From NCBI GenBank assembly GCA_036172245.1, contig JAYWIR010000001.1:248001-312000 (forward strand): a DNA stretch of 64,000 nt. Reading direction: 5' to 3'. The position numbers and the translations under genes were made by a program. The notes beneath the pieces were generated by a model. That model had not been told where the DNA came from. It ran no database searches and was given only the letters and a program-made list of their open reading frames with translations. This document shows positions 1-12,319 of this stretch, piece after piece. The stretch comes from Raillietiella orientalis. Taxonomy: Eukaryota. Every line of letters starts with the position of its first letter. Positions within the stretch are counted from its first letter, which is position 1.

Positions 1-705
1 CACGGAAATTCCTCTCAAATAAGAGAAACTTTCGACTCCACACCTCCGCAAGGGTTGCGGAATTCTCAGGCAGAGGTTCCTCCGGCCTCCCCCCCCTTCA
101 CACACACACGCAATCCCTGCTGCATTCAAATCCATGCTTCTCTCCATTCCCTACTTCTTTTCTTTTTTTGTTTCACATGTCCTCTAAGTCCAAGTAATTG
201 CTGAGATTCTGGAAGATTCGACTCGGATGTGATTGCTTGTCGACTGGATGCCACTTCCACCGACAGGCATCGTGCTTGCAAGGAAAGGAGGTTCTTCCCC
301 AATGCGAACGGAAACCAGCAAGGCGCGAAGAACAGCATCTCGCGGGCAGCACGGGAGAGTCAGTCACCTCTCGGAATCTCACCTGCTGCCGCGAGTGAAG
401 CATCAGCTCTTCGGGAGAGCTTCCGCCACGCTTCTGAGAACGTCCTTTCCCTGAAAAGACGGAGGTCATCAGACAGGCGGACACGGCCGGACAGGCGAAA
501 GTGAGAACTTCGTGTGTGTCTGCTGGTGTTTCCGTCTCTCGAAATCAGTGACAAGGATTGGTAGGCACCACCAGCGTCCTCCACGGAGTACAAAGAAAGG
601 TGCCGAAGGGGTCACTAGGGGGTGTGCCCACCAAACTGACTAACCGGACTAAGGGAGCTCTTCGATCATGGTAGTACCACGTGCAACGGACCGGTGCCGT
701 GCCAG

Positions 706-1797
706 GAAGATTATCAAAAATAAATAAACACCTTTATTATATGTGTATTCACACATAGATTAATGCACGTTATAAAGATTGTAAAAAAGTATATATATAT
801 ATATATATATACACATGTTTGTGGAATATTAATGTATATTTAGGCACATAGGGAATGCATGTGTAAAGAAATGAATACATAAATAGGGGATTGCAAAGAG
901 ATGTGTTTGCCCCACGATCAAAATTCCGAAAAATGAAAGTCCTTCATTGTTGACGAAGTTCCGTTCGTTCCGTGCTGGAAACGACAGGAAGAAGGAGTGC
1001 CAAATTCCTTTTTTCGTGTTTCTTTCATTTGCTCGTTTGTTTTTTACTTTATTTTATTTTCCACCATTTTTTATTGATACCATTGTTTTTAATTTTTTAT
1101 AATTCGATATTTGTGTATTCATCTAACATATATGTATTATATATATAAATACGTATAATAAATATATGTATTAATTTTTTATAATCGTAACGATACGTAT
1201 TAATTTATCTAATAATCTATATATGAATGTATGCATTCATATGTATAATAAACGCATGTATTTTTTATAATCTTCAAGATATGTATTAATAACATATGGA
1301 TGCACATCGTTAATTATGTCAATAATACATGTGTTAAAAGATATGTATGTTAGAATACATTTGTATGTTACTCTCTATACAAATATAGATAGTAGTATAT
1401 GCAATGAACGTATTACTTATTATATTAACGTATATAATGAAAGTATGTATTTATTTTTTTCTAATCGTTATGATACATGTAAATGTGTACTTTAATCCAT
1501 ATCCGAATTCATAATAAACGTATTATAACTCTTACTGATGACGTATTTTAACATATATTAATAAATATGTATGTTAAAATAATATCACTGCTAATAAATA
1601 GGTATGCTAAAATGAATTTGTAACGTTTATGTATATATAAATTATATATATTAATACGCATAATAAGCGTATGCATTTTCTTTATCTTTGTAATACTTAT
1701 TAATCCACACAATTAACCTATATATAAATATATATATGTAACAAGCACATGTACTTATTTTTAAGATATCGGCATTTCGGTCGCTCTGGATTTCGAA
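706..1797. mobile_element. AT-rich foldback/MITE-like element, core in + orientation
   Basis: Core at about 917-1030 (GATCAAAATTCCGAAA...GCTGGAAACGACAGGAAGAAGGAGTGCCAAATT), AT-rich mirror subrepeats, degenerate terminal motifs. Confidence 0.7.
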
Positions 1798-3515
1798 GGG
1801 GACCCGCTGTAAACACGTGAGGGCCTTTTTCCAGAGCAGTCAGGGAAAAGTGAAGATGAAAGTTCTTATTCTTCCACTCTGCGCGTCGCACGGGAGGCGG
1901 CAGACGATCCCGGGATGCGTTTTGTGCTTCGAAGCTCCGCGCTCGTTCCCTCCCGATTTCCGTTCCTGGAGCGGGTCCAAGGCAAAGTCCGCTCTGAAGA
2001 GCGATGACGGCGCTTCCTTTTCGCCTTCCAGTCCTGCGTTTCCCGCATTTTTGTTTTGCTTTGTTTTGTTTCGGCAAGTGGGATTTTGCCCAGACCTGGG
2101 GCAAGGACTCTTCCTTGCCCCAGGTCGCCCATCCATAGTGCAGTGCCCCTGGCCGCCGTTGCTCTTCGGAACTCTGTCTGCCGAACCTCCTTCCTCGCTG
2201 CCGTTCTCGCGGGCACTTCAAAGACAGAGAGGGCAGCAAAATGGCCCACTGGCGCGGGCGCATATTTCCTCTTTCCTGCTAAACAACGACACCTGACATT
2301 TCCGAGGTGACGAACTTTGTTGTGACAGTCTGTTCCTCATTCCTGAACGCTTAGACGTGTGGATACCGCTGGAGCAGGAAGATGGATAGAGCTTGTGCAT
2401 TTCTTCCAAGAACCCACGGAATCCGTTTCTTTTCGGAAGATGATCTTTGGTGGTGCAACCAACGGAAAACGTTACGTGGCTCGAAAGCATAAAATGTAGA
2501 GTGCTGCTCGAAGAATGGAAACTTTTGGAATCTAACGTCCTAAATAACGATTCGGAAGCACCCTTTGTGGACTTTTACGATCCATATGAATTGGAACGCT
2601 TAAGAAAACCACCAAGCACTGTTTTTCTACCTCCATGCCTCAAGTCGAACAGTGTTTCCTCTTGATGTTATTAGCACCGACACTCAAGGGATCACTTGGC
2701 TGTCATCGGATGTCAGTGGAGACTCCCCCGATGAATCGATGAAATCAGTTGGTTTTTCCTCCTTGAAGAATGTTCCAGAATCTCAACAGTGGTCGCGCGG
2801 AGGAAGTTTTCTCTCCGTTCGCATCCTCAACACGAAACTATCTAACGTATATGTATGCATGTACAAAGTCTTTCCGCTGATGGTAGATGAGGTCGCAAAT
2901 CAGGGGCGTCCTTGCTTGTCGAAAGGTCACCCCTGAAGTCTTTCCTACCTTAGCCACCACCATCTCTCTCCGCGAGTTATGCAGGCAGTGACCAAAAAGC
3001 CTCCAGGAGTGTCCTCGGAACGATTTCCGTCCACCAGTAACGCCAGCCCCGCCAGTAGGAGTTTCCGAGCGTTCATTAGAAAAGCAGATCCTCCTGAGAA
3101 GCGGTCGGCCGAGTGTTCCGAATCGAAAGAACGCCAGGGGGGATCACGTGAGGTGGTGCGTCACCCGGTGCGCCTTTCAGACTTTGGGGATGCTCGTCTT
3201 TTCGAACGAGATTCGGCAAATTTCTCACTCACTGCCTTCCTGGCACGTGGCTTCTGCGAGGCGCTTTGTACGGCTCGTCTTCCTCGTGGCGCGTCGGTCG
3301 GCTGTTCCTACTCGGAGCTATCCGGCTCTGTTCCGCGTCACGTTCGGGAAGGAGAAAAACTTGGTCCGCCGGGAGGCTGTGCACTAAACTTCCGGAATTT
3401 ACTTGGCCCCTACGCTGAAATGAAGTGGGAATCACGTACGCTGCCTTGTGCAGAGAGTAACTTCCTTCGACAAGCGAGGATGACCAGGGACCCCGGATGG
3501 ATCTTCGGGCCACAG

Positions 3516-3601
3516 CGCCGGTCGCTGCTATCATTCCTTCTTTTCGGACGAAACTTTGAAAAGACAGCTGGCACCCCTGCTGGACAGCCTGGGAGGTGGC
3601 G
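3516..3601 (+). CDS. Candidate upstream exon of the FGFRL1-like gene (AGRCYHSFFSDETLKRQLAPLLDSLGGG)
   Basis: CACAG acceptor and G|GTGAGG donor at 3602; the phase-1 end matches the phase-1 start of the exon at 3737 (135-bp intron). No homology support. Confidence 0.3.
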
Positions 3602-3736
3602 GTGAGGAACGCAAGCGGCCGCTTCCTCGGGAACCCCTTTTTTGCTGGGAGGCGGTTGCGACCCTTCACCTGTCGCTGCCCTGGTCAACCGAGCGGCTGC
3701 GCAGGCTTTTCCCATGAGGTGACGAATCTTCTGCAG

Positions 3737-3921
3737 ATGCTTTCAGCACGGTCGAGATCGTGAAGCCGAGGCAGGATGGAGGTCCTCCCATCTCGAGCTT
3801 CCCTCCGCTGATAGAAAAGATGGTTCCAGAGAACAAGTTCATTCCAGCCGCCCCTGGATCCTTCATCGCTTTGTCCTGCTCGGCGCGAGGAAGGCCGCTC
3901 CCTGAGATCTCGTGGTTCAAG
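3737..3921 (+). CDS. FGFRL1: FGFRL1-like receptor exon: first half of Ig domain (..APGSFIALSCSARGRPLPEISWFK)
   Basis: CTGCAG acceptor, AAG|GTAGGT donor; I-set Ig pattern G-x-x-x-x-L-x-C-x-A-x-G-x-P-x-P-x-I-x-W-x-K as in FGFR Ig2. Confidence 0.85.
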
Positions 3922-4159
3922 GTAGGTGTGCTGTCCACGTCCCTTCCCAGATCCCTGACTGAGGCGACCGCTGGCGGGTCGAGCGGCAGGCATGCTGTTC
4001 GTATCCGGTGACGTTGGCGGGAACGTGGGAATCCCTTGCGTCTGGAATGCTTGTCTCTGGGTCACGGGCACGAATCTCGGCGTGCTGGCAGTCCTCTGGG
4101 CAGAATCACGGCTGCACGGCTTTGCTTCGGCCTCTGAGGCTTCCCTTTCCTCGTGAGCC

Positions 4160-5031
4160 GATCAAAATCCCGGAAGATCTTAAAAATAAACACACAAGTT
4201 TATCAGTATGTATAAATTCATATTTAGATTAATATATAATCCAACATGTACCGTGAAGATTATAAAAAAAAATGAATATGTTCGCCTATCATGCATACTG
4301 ATATGTATACATTTATTTTACATAGATTAACATGCAAATTTATGCTGACGTGCATATTTATCCATATAATTAATAAAACGCATTAATATCCATTATTAAG
4401 ATATATATTAAAGATGAAGGAAAATAAATATATATGTTCATTATGTACATTAATATACACTTATACATATAATACATATATGCGAAATGAATATACGAAT
4501 ATCGGATTGTAAACGAGCGTATTTACCGAACGTTCAAAATTCCGAAACTCCGTCATTTCCTGAGGAAATATTCATTTGTTGAGTGTTGGAAACGACCGGA
4601 AGACGAAATGCCAAGTTTCCTTTTTTGCGCTTCCTTAATTTGTTTGTGTACTGTTACGTATGTATATACAGACATACGTAATAAACACATATATACATAT
4701 TTTTTATATTCTTAAGAATATACATTCGTCTGCCTATCAATCTATCCATATATATATTAATATATTTAATAAATACGTTAATTATATCAACAATATGTAC
4801 ATTAATAAATGTTGATCAGTATTTATGCTAAAATAAATTTGTACGTGTATACATAAATTTATACACATCATTAAACATTATAAGCACATATATTTATGTT
4901 TTTATAATAATCATAATATATATATTAATCTATACATTAATCCATATATTAATTTATGTGGTACTACGTATAATCGACATGCGTATTTATTTCCACGATC
5001 TTTCGGGATCTTGATCATTCGGGATTTCGAA
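4160..5031. mobile_element. AT-rich foldback/MITE-like element, core in + orientation
   Basis: Left GATCAAAATCCCGGAAGATC (4160-4179) and right GATCTTTCGGGATCTTGATC (4997-5016) are an 18/20 inverted match; core at about 4530-4645. Confidence 0.8.
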
Positions 5032-5089
5032 CCAAATCTGCTTTCCACAAACCCGGCAAATGGATGGTGAGGAAGGTCTTAGTGTGTGA

Positions 5090-5860
5090 GATGATTCGCA
5101 GGTTCCCTTGAAAAAGTCGCTACGGGAGACGCGGCTTTCGAATCCACTGCAGAACTTTCGAGATATAGGCTTTCCCCTCTTCCTCATCCCACAAGTTTCC
5201 CTCTTGTCTGACCGAAACTCCTCTGCGAGACGCTTCTCGGAGAAATAAATAAGAGATTTCAGGCTCCTCGGACAGGGAAGGACTCCTCTCTTGCGAACCG
5301 CGTCCCCAGAATCCTCCCGAAGGAAGCCCCGCGGGCGCCTCATCGAGTTTTCGGCTGGAAGGCGGAACCCGAGAACATCTCTCACGAACCTCTCTCCTGC
5401 GCTATCCGATTTCTGAGCTCTGCTTCATCCACCCGTGCCTTCGGATAAAAGTTTCCACGATGCTCCCTGGAAGTGCCGAGCTCAGCGTCCCGCGTGTTTC
5501 CCGAGGTGGCACCCTTCTGTGTGGCGCTCGCGAACCGCCCATGTTCACCGCGATGGCGAAACGAGATGGGCTCGAGATATGGGTTGCAGACATCCTTCAA
5601 CACGAGCTCTTCTTGGGAAGACGCACTTGCCTGCTGCAGCTGAAGAAGCCCGGCTGCCATCGGCGGCAGCTCCGGTGGCCAATCTCCTCGGAGAATTCCT
5701 CACCCTTAAATTAGGACGAAGGAAAGTGAGATCGACACCAAGCTAGCTCGTGGGGGAGACTGGTTATCGGGAGCTGAAGATCGACGTCCAGACTGCTTAA
5801 GAAGACTCTCGCTTGCGATTCATGGACATTTTCAAAAGGAATTTCAACTCGAAGTGCAAA
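5090..5860 (-). mobile_element. Ty3/gypsy-like reverse transcriptase relic
   Basis: Frameshifted VRDVLGFRLPAENS...VRKRGVLPCPRSLKSLIYF...EEFRS parallels gypsy L.L..EKC...GI.PDP.KV.AI..F.....LRSFLG; LVLKDVCNPYL resembles the xDLxxAY motif. Confidence 0.55.
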
Positions 5861-6398
5861 AGGGAAGAGAAGCCATGGCAGTGGGAAACATTCCAAAAGT
5901 GAAAGGTCGCCGTCAGCTGAAATGCACACGAAGATTTAGCGATTCTTTGCAAACATCGTTTTCTTTTCGATGGAAAGGAAAATCGCCATGGCAACACTGG
6001 GTACTTCGGATTTTGTGTAGGAACAGAACGGATGCTTCTCGGAGCACAAAGAGCATTAAAAAAAAAAAAAAAAAAACGAGAAAGAGAACACAACTACTCT
6101 GAAAAGATGCTTTTGCAGTAGAGAATCTGCAAATCATTGGAATTATTCATGGAATGACTCTTGTGTGTTTGGAACTCAAACCTGGGCAATAAACGTAAGA
6201 ATAGAAAACTTAAGAGGAGAAAAAAAGCATACATATCAACATGGTATGACAGTCTCCTGTTTACATAAGCAGCACGTCTGTGTAGAATCACTTTACGAGC
6301 AAAAGTCGAAGTGACCTTAACGACCGACGATCGTGCAGGCAAGGAAGAGCACGGTGATTTTCACTTCCTTTTCGAGATAGGCGATTCCAATAGATTTG

Positions 6399-7418
6399 TT
6401 TCGAAATCTCAAAAGATCTCGAAAATAAACACAAGTGCTTCAAGATGCATATGCATATAAGTTAATGTATAGAGAAATATGTATTCTAAATATTACTAAA
6501 ATAAACATATATGCCCATTATGTAGTTAATATATATTCACATTAAAGTGTATGTTGATATAGAGATTAATATGCAAGTTTATTCGAACATTCACATTTAT
6601 TAATATTTTGTTAGCATGCGTACTATAAGTAGCAACCTTTTAAAAAATATATATTTGCATTTATCAACATACAGGTTATCAACGTAATCAATAATGTGTT
6701 CGGTATATTGATACATGTATCCATAGACAGAGTGATATATAATGTTAGGACTATGAAAATAAATATATATTTTTATCATTTATATTTATACACATAATAA
6801 ATGTATATGAAATGAATATATAAATACCGAATGACAAAAAACAAGACATAATGGTGACAGTGAAATCTGATGGGGAAAAAAACAAACAAACAAATTAAGG
6901 GAGCACGAAAAAAAGAAATTTGGCATTTCATCTTCCTGTCCTTTGCAACACCCAACGAATGAAACTTCCTCTGGAAATGACGAAGTTTGGGGATTTTGAA
7001 CGATCCATAAATATCCTCGTTTATAATTCGATATTAATAACGTTCATTTCATGTATATTAATTATATGTATGAGTACACGTTAATGTACACAATAAAAAC
7101 CATGTTTACTTTTTGTAATCTTCAATATGTGTGCATATATTCTTTTAACATTTTATCAGTACAATTAATAATCTTTATATATATATAAAGGATATACTGA
7201 GAATGCACATTATTAATTGTATTGATGAAATGTTACAATAAATTTGTATAGTAAACTACATATAAATATGTATATAAAAGGCATATATATTTTTCATTTT
7301 TTATAATCTTTGTAATACGTATTGATCTATACAATCTAGCTATAAACAATTTGTATATTAATGTACATATTAAGCCTGTATATTTACTTTTGGAGGACCG
7401 TCACTTGGCGTTTTCGAA
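6399..7418. mobile_element. AT-rich foldback/MITE-like element, core in - orientation
   Basis: Starts TTCGAAATCTCAAAAGATCTCGAAAATAAAC; reverse-complement core at about 6890-7005. Confidence 0.75.
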
Positions 7419-8071
7419 TGGCAAAATAACGGCTGCTTCCCTATTTAGGGGAACACGCTGGTTCGACCTGGGTGGGTGTTGCGAATGGGGTCAAAAAGAG
7501 CCCTCACGCTGCAGGCAGAACTGTGAAAATTGCCTGCCCTCAAGTAATGGTGCAGAAAAGGTCGTGGCTGGGACGGTGGTGACCACGCTGGCAGCTCTTC
7601 TGCCTCCAACGCAAACGAAAGGCCGCTGCTCAAGATGTGAGCCGTCACCCCCAAAAGTACATATATTTCGCACCTCGTGTCCGCTGCCCCCTGCCCCCAG
7701 CTTGCAACGGGTGTGATCTGAGAGCGCAGCGTTCCCTATTGCGAACCGTGTGCTTCTGGAACGGGAGCAGCAGTCCAGCAAGTTTTTGTGCATGGATGAG
7801 GTGTCCTGAGGACAGGCGTCCGGCGACCTGCGGCGCGTTGGCCACGTGACGCGCGACTTCCTCAGGCCAGCCTGTCCTCCTCCAGGATCTTCATCGTCCT
7901 TCGAGGAAGCAAAAGACTGCCTCCGTGTTTCGCGAAAGGTCTTTGCGGTCCGAGGTGTGGCTGGATCCCTGGACACGAGCGTGCACCGTGGCGACAGCCA
8001 CCTGATGATCCCTTCCTACCCTCCCCCTTTTCCTCCAGCTGGACCTGACGTTTCTCTCGTTCGATTTCCAG

Positions 8072-8240
8072 GATTCCAGGAAGCTGGATTCTGCAGAGAT
8101 ACACAGCAACGTCTCTCAAGGCACAATCTGGAGTCAGATCATCCTGGATGACGTAGGCCAGGAAAACATCGCCGTCTACACGTGCCGAGCGACAAATAGT
8201 CTGGGAGAGGAACTCAAGGAATTCAACATCATCAACCAAG
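8072..8240 (+). CDS. FGFRL1: FGFRL1-like exon: second half of Ig domain (DSRKLDSAEI...IILDDVGQENIAVYTCRATNSLGEELKEFNIINQ)
   Basis: TTTCCAG acceptor in phase 0 joins WFK; Ig F-strand motif Y-T-C-x-A-x-N-x-x-G. The 3' end is inferred at a non-canonical CAAG|GCAAAA donor. Confidence 0.85.
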
Positions 8241-8949
8241 GCAAAAACACGCGCGCACCTCGCGCTGCCGGGAAACAGCGGCCGCGACGAGGCGTTCCTA
8301 TTGGAGGACCCGCCAATTGTTGCGACGACGCTGATTCGTCCCAACAAACTCGTTGCTATGGGAGGCCGCTCTCGGGGGTTTACGTGGAAGAGGATTCGGG
8401 CTCAGACGGAAGCCGCGCGGCGCCGATGGCAGAACACGCAGGGGGGATTCCCTGCGCGCTCCTGGGCGCTCGGGGAAGACGCGACTCCGTTCCGGCCGGG
8501 GAAAGGGGCACTGACCCTCGGAGGCTGGACCCATGGCCCCGCGTCCGGAACACGCAGCGGCGGCGGCAGGCAGGAAAGGCGGGAATCCCGACGTCCGCCC
8601 CGTCCAGTCGCGAAGCAGCTGCCCTTCTGGCTGAGAGCGGAGGATCGAGGGGACCCTACCGCGAAGCGCGCGGGAGCCCGTCGCCTCGGCGACCGGAAAG
8701 GGTGTCGTTCCTCCGCGCTAGCGCTCCGGCAGCTGCGCTGGACGCTTCGCGAAGGAGAGGAAGACTGCCTGAGACGGTGGGACCAAGCTGCCCCGACCCT
8801 CTCAGGCGTCGCCTTCCTCCTGGTGGCAGGGAAAGCGCGCCAGAAAGGCAAAAGGACAAGGCAGGTGCAGGCATTCTGCCGCTCTAAGACAGCAGATCAC
8901 CGCCTCAGTCCCGAGCGCCATCGGGGCACCCTTCGATCAGAGTCACGGT

Positions 8950-9280
8950 GAAGCGACTTCCCCGAAGCGTCGCCAGGAGCGCGTTTCCAAACGCTGTCCC
9001 TCTCTCGGGGAGGTCGAGTCCGAGGGAGAGCGGTAGGCTGCAGCCCCGCCTCTCCCGGAAAGTTGACCGCCTGCGGGAATCTCCCGAAGCCATCCCACCC
9101 CACGCTCCTACGTCTTCCTCCGGAATGAGCTCCTCCTTGCTAGGAGGAGACGACAGGGTTGCCTGGGTCGACACCCCTCCGTGAGGCGTCGTGTACAACG
9201 CGCATGCGCTTTCCAACGAGGGGCCGGTAGGGCACCTCCGCGCACCCCGGGGCTTCGTCACCCCCTTCGTGCTGCCGCGC
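8950..9280 (-). mobile_element. CR1/L2-group LINE ORF2 C-terminal relic
   Basis: GVTKP...GPSLESACALY...STFRERR resembles GV....L...Y...RP.LEYAC.VW...L.ERR. Confidence 0.5.
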
Positions 9281-9688
9281 GCTCGAGGAGGAAGAGGGGA
9301 AGGGCAAGAGGAGGATGCTGGTGGTGGCCGTGGTGAGGAGGAAGAGGAGGGAAAAGAGGCGAGGATGCAATTGTGAGGCAGAGGGTCTCCGGTCCTGTCG
9401 AGAGCAGAACCTCGCAGGACTTTCCCGCTTTCGAGCAGAGGAAGGAAGGGCCGAGTCCCTCTGCACCGCCGGCAGCCTCTCGCAGTAGAGGTATCCTCCG
9501 TTGCCCGCGGCTCCCGGGGATGCAGCCCGCGCCCCTCTGGCCGGTCCCGCCACTCCGCAGTCTCCCTGGGAGCCTCCGCGATGGCGGACGCAGGAGTTTC
9601 CGACCGAGGTGGTAGGTCGGGTCCCGAGGGGGAGTCCTGCTCCACTTGCCCATGACCATGCCGGACTCCGTTCCGCATCGTCTTCCAG

Positions 9689-9804
9689 ATCTGGCGAGCA
9701 AGCCGCTGATCCTGCCGGAGTCTGAGCTGGACCGGACCTGCATCCCCGGGGACAGCGTGACGTTCTCCTGCCGCATCCGGAGCAAGCATAGGCCCTTCGT
9801 GCAG
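9689..9804 (+). CDS. FGFRL1: FGFRL1-like exon: first half of next Ig domain (DLASKPLILPESELDRTCIPGDSVTFSCRIRSKHRPFVQ)
   Basis: CTTCCAG acceptor, CAG|GTGCGG donor; matches the FGFR Ig3 pattern G-x-x-V-x-F-x-C-x-V-x-S-x-x-x-P-x-I-Q-W. Confidence 0.9.
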
Positions 9805-9859
9805 GTGCGGTGGGGTCGGGTAGGGTCGCCGGACAGCTGCTTCCCCCCGGCGTCCCCAG

Positions 9860-10088
9860 TGGCTGCGCCGTGGGAGCGGAGGGGGCGGAGGATTTCACCA
9901 CGTCGGGGACGAGCGGTACTTCCTTCTGAACTCCACGGGAAGCACTGACGTCGCGCGCACGCGTGACGGGACATATCGGAGCGAACTGCACATCGCCCGG
10001 GCGCTCCCGGAGGACGCCGGCTCCTACGTATGCGTCGTCACCAACGATTACGGGTTCAGCTTCCGGGAGGGGAGTCTGTCCGTCCGGG
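9860..10088 (+). CDS. FGFRL1: FGFRL1-like exon: second half of Ig domain (WLRR...RDGTYRSELHIARALPEDAGSYVCVVTNDYGFSFREGSLSVR)
   Basis: Follows a 55-bp intron; G|GTGAGT donor. DGxY-x-x-x-L-x-I-x-RA and GF/YSFR are FGFRL1-type rather than kinase-FGFR-type motifs. Confidence 0.9.
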
Positions 10089-10138
10089 GTGAGTCTCTCT
10101 CCCCCCCGCCTCCGGCCCCTCATCCAGTCCATCCGCAG

Positions 10139-10542
10139 ATGCTCACCCTTCACCGTCCCCGGGCGCGGACGCGGGCGGAGCAGCTGTGGCGCCCTTCCAC
10201 TCGATCCTCGCCGTCCTGCTGGGCACCGCCCTGCTGACGCTGGCTGCCACCCTCGCCGCCCTCTGCCTGTGTGGCGCAGGGAGGCTGCACTCCAGGAAGG
10301 CCAGGGTCCGACTGCCGCCCAGAGCCGGCCTGAGGGAGCTTCGGCCCGCAGAGTCGGCCGCCGTGATCCAGGGACTCGCCTGGAGGGCACCAGTGGAACC
10401 CCTGCAGCCCGGGGCGGAAGCTGTGGGCCGTAGGGAGCGCGACGGTCGCTTCCAACAGGCTGGTCGCCGCGGCAACCGCGCCGCAGCAGGCCAGTCGCTG
10501 GTCACCGCGGCCGTCAGGGGAGCGCAGGTGCACTTCGTGTAG
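10139..10542 (+). CDS. FGFRL1: FGFRL1-like last exon: TM helix (ILAVLLGTALLTLAATLAALCLC) and short cytoplasmic tail ending GAQVHFV-stop
   Basis: Follows a 50-bp intron with CGCAG acceptor, in frame with ORF 10186..10542; hydrophobic run followed by basic residues; no kinase domain follows. Confidence 0.85.
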
Positions 10543-10688
10543 TCCACCCCGGCGACGGACTTCCGGTGTCTCCCTTCCCCAAAAGGCGCGCGCGCCCGGA
10601 AAGAGGAGGGGGGAGGGGAGGACTCCCTCTCCCTTGCCGGCAAGCAAACTGGGGGCCGGCAGCGCCCCGTTTCTCAGCGCCCTATCTG

Positions 10689-10694
10689 AATAAA
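10689..10694 (+). terminator. Putative polyadenylation signal AATAAA of the FGFRL1-like gene
   Basis: Canonical hexamer about 150 bp after the stop codon in otherwise GC-rich sequence. Confidence 0.55.
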
Positions 10695-10759
10695 GCGGGC
10701 GGGAATGCCGCTGTCCCCTCCCCCCAGCGGGAGTGGAGGAAGAGAGTCCAGCCTCCTCA

Positions 10760-11600
10760 GCCCACTTCATCCTTTAGGTCCTTGTCTTGGAGGGGAGGCA
10801 GCATCCGCTCTTCGGGCCCTGCTCATCTTCCGACGAAGCTGCATCTGGACCGGGGAACGCGCACACCCTCGGCGCCTCCGCGCGGCCTTCCCTCTCTCTG
10901 AACTTTGGAATTGACCCCGCCTGGCCCACCTGGGGGAGTGGGGAAGGGGAGGAGTAAAAGGACGCGACAGTTCGGCCTCTCTGGTCCCCGTGCATCTTCC
11001 GACGAAGCTGCACCTGGACAGGGGAAGGCACTCTCGGCGCCTTCGCGTCAACCCCGGAGGCGACCACGACGATCTTAGGCAGAAGAGAGACGAGCACACC
11101 TTATGCCCCGCGGCTCGTGGCACCTGAACCATCTGCCAACGTCACGGCCTTCTTCCCCCGGAGCAACCTGTGACCCCTCCTGCGTTCTCCGAAAGCCCTC
11201 CGGAAAGCGTCGAGCAGGACTCCCACGAGGCCTCCGGGTCATGGAGGAGCAGGAGGGCGCGTGGGCAGCCGGGGGGCAGCCGAGGGTTCGCAATGGACCC
11301 CGACTGACTCCCTCTCTGCCGGAGGCAGCGGCTCCAGTCAGGAGGGGCGGAGACGACCTTCGGGTTGCCAGGAAGCCTGAGGGACAGCTGGCCCGAGGGT
11401 TGCCCTCCCTCCCCTGGGACAGAAGGACGGAAGGAGGCGCCTCCGGTGCCCTCAAACGCCGGGAAACCCCGAAGGCGCGCCGTCGCAGCCGCGGCCCCGG
11501 AAGCACCGCGGGCGGGCCGGTGACCAGGAGCACCCAGAGTCGCCCCAGGGAGGTCTTCGACCTCCATCCCGGCTTCTAGCGCCGCAGGCGATCCTGTGAA
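10760..11600 (-). mobile_element. CR1/L2-group LINE RT relic
   Basis: GFPAFEG...QLSLRLPGNP...DWSRCLRQRGSQ...PGCPRALLL resembles AFD.V...KL..LG.P...W..YL..R.Q...G.PQG. Contains a local duplication of about 55 bp (10824 and 10993). Confidence 0.5.
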
Positions 11601-12319
11601 CGCAGCAGACCTCCGATAGGCCTCCGCATTGGTCGCCGTCTTGTGCTGTCGCCATCTTGCTTTGTAGCTCGGTCATCGCTCGTGAGAGCGGCAGAGGGCG
11701 CGACGGACGTGGAGCTGCCTCATAAGAATAGGGGGAGGGGGGTCCGCCCACGAGCGCCAAGTTGCTCAGGAGGGCGGGGAACCCCGATCGGGAGGGACGA
11801 GGTCATCGCGAGCTGCCGTGCCGCCTGCCTCGCCGTTGGGAACTCGGCGCTCCCCGGAGCACCTCCCCCTTCGTTGCTCCCGACCCCACCTTCTCCTCAC
11901 CCCCTCCCTCCTTCCCCCTCTGATGCCCGTCCTCCAGCTTTCGCCAGCTTCCGCCCTTTCTGTCGTCAATGCGGATGGCGGCGGCTTCCACGGGATCGCT
12001 GTTGTAGCTTCCCTCGTCGCGGAGGGCGAGCCAGAAGGTTCCTCCGCATTTCCGCATTGCGGCCGCCGCACCTCCGTCCGCCGAAGGCGCAGCGGGCAGG
12101 GAGATGCTGCAGGGTTTGTCGGGGCATTCGTTACAAAAAAATAAAAACAAAATTACAATTTATCATAAAAAGGAATAACGCATTTCACCGAATTAGAATA
12201 ACAACGGATTTCCATTCTATTAAAAAAAAAAAAAAGAATAACAAATTCTATAATAAAAAAGAATAGCACATTTAAAAAAGAATAACACAGAAGAAAAATA
12301 CATTTACATTTTTGTAAAT

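Noticed and set aside
267..398. Possible first Ig exon of the receptor (..TGESVTSRNLTCC)
   Set aside because: Stops immediately, with no Ig Trp and no suitable donor.
2447..2720. Possible hAT dimerisation-domain relic (LLEEWKLL..FVDFY)
   Set aside because: Similarity is too weak to call without an HMM search.
9140..10390. 416-aa minus-strand ORF
   Set aside because: Antisense shadow of the GC-rich FGFRL1-like exons.
10824..11050. Direct repeat as a CRISPR-like array
   Set aside because: Only two copies of about 55 bp, inside a LINE relic in eukaryotic DNA.
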